Shown piece after piece: positions 15,634-16,518 of a DNA stretch of 16,518 bases. The translations under genes and the position numbers were made by a program. Source of the stretch: a virus. Lineage: Duplodnaviria > Heunggongvirae > Uroviricota > Caudoviricetes. Below the pieces are notes generated by a model that saw nothing but the letters and a program-made list of their open reading frames with translations, had not been told where the DNA came from and did not search any database. Position 1 is the stretch's first letter. Each line of letters begins with the position of its first letter. The DNA lies in the IMG/VR virus record IMGVR_UViG_2563366924_000007; one strand, given 5' to 3'.

Positions 15634-16518
15634 ATGAGAACAGGATGTGAACCGACCCGGTTTGGTAATGAAGCTAAGACCATTATTCACGGTGATGCCC
15701 TTGCCGAACTTAAAAAGCTACCTACTGAAAGCGTCGATCTGATCTTTGCCGACCCACCGTATAACATCGGTAAAAATTTTGATGGTCTGATCGAAGCCTG
15801 GAAAGAAGATCTATTTATCGACTGGCTGTTTGAAGTGATTGCAGAGTGCCACCGCGTTCTGAAAAAGCAGGGCAGCATGTACATTATGAACAGTACGGAA
15901 AACATGCCCTTTATCGATCTCCAGTGCCGCAAGCTTTTTACCATCAAAAGTCGCATCGTCTGGTCATATGACAGTTCTGGAGTACAGGCGAAAAAACACT
16001 ACGGCTCCATGTACGAACCCATCCTGATGATGGTGAAAGACGCAAAGAACTACACATTCAACGGTGATGCTATTCTGGTAGAAGCCAAAACCGGATCGCA
16101 GCGCGCGTTGATCGATTATCGCAAAAATCCTCCACAGCCATACAATCATCAAAAAGTACCGGGTAACGTCTGGGATTTTCCGCGAGTGCGTTATTTAATG
16201 GATGAATATGAGAACCACCCGAAGCAAAAACCGGAAGCCTTACTGAAACGCATTATTCTCGCCTCTTCCAACCCAGGCGATATCGTTCTCGACCCGTTTG
16301 CCGGTAGCTTTACTACCGGTGCCGTAGCCATCGCCAGCGGACGAAAATTCATTGGTATTGAGATCAACAGCGAGTACATCAAAATGGGGCTTCGACGGCT
16401 GGATGTCGCGTCGCATTACTCCGCGGAAGAACTGGCGAAAGTGAAAAAAAGAAAGACGGGCAACCGGTCAAAACGATGCCGGGTTAGCGAAGTTGACCCC
16501 GATCTCATTGCAAAGTAA
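15634..16518 (+). CDS. yhdJ: DNA adenine methyltransferase YhdJ
   Basis: Translation from ATG at 15634 matches my memory of enterobacterial YhdJ (MRTGCEPTRFGNEAKTIIHGDALAELKK...), with the DPPY catalytic motif and FAGSFTTG AdoMet motif; AGGGAG Shine-Dalgarno upstream; the track ORF starts 6 nt earlier at GTG. Confidence 0.85.
   Translation: MRTGCEPTRFGNEAKTIIHGDALAELKKLPTESVDLIFADPPYNIGKNFDGLIEAWKEDLFIDWLFEVIAECHRVLKKQGSMYIMNSTENMPFIDLQCRKLFTIKSRIVWSYDSSGVQAKKHYGSMYEPILMMVKDAKNYTFNGDAILVEAKTGSQRALIDYRKNPPQPYNHQKVPGNVWDFPRVRYLMDEYENHPKQKPEALLKRIILASSNPGDIVLDPFAGSFTTGAVAIASGRKFIGIEINSEYIKMGLRRLDVASHYSAEELAKVKKRKTGNRSKRCRVSEVDPDLIAK

Overview
Almost the whole window (about 1-15533) is one integrated mobile element, transcribed mostly on the minus strand, lying next to the chromosomal DNA adenine methyltransferase gene yhdJ (15634-16518, +). 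Reading right to left: a P4-type tyrosine integrase, an AT-rich orphan gene, an AlpA-like regulator and AntA/KilAC antirepressor, a divergent small ribbon-helix-helix gene, a run of overlapping small ORFs ending in a large P-loop replication protein, an iteron-rich origin, a convergent pair of unknown genes, then an HK97-type head and packaging block (major capsid, prohead protease, portal, head-tail adaptor, gp6-like connector, HNH endonuclease, small and large terminase). No tail, lysis or recognisable tail-fibre genes occur in the window, so the element looks like a capsid-forming phage satellite (PICI-like) rather than a full prophage, but its left end lies beyond position 1 and this cannot be settled here. 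The candidates for novel biology are the AT-rich orphan gene next to the integrase and the two unknown genes between the origin and the capsid operon. All calls rest on reading the ORF translations and sequence by eye; no database search or computation was run, and hand-derived start and hairpin coordinates may be off by a base or so.
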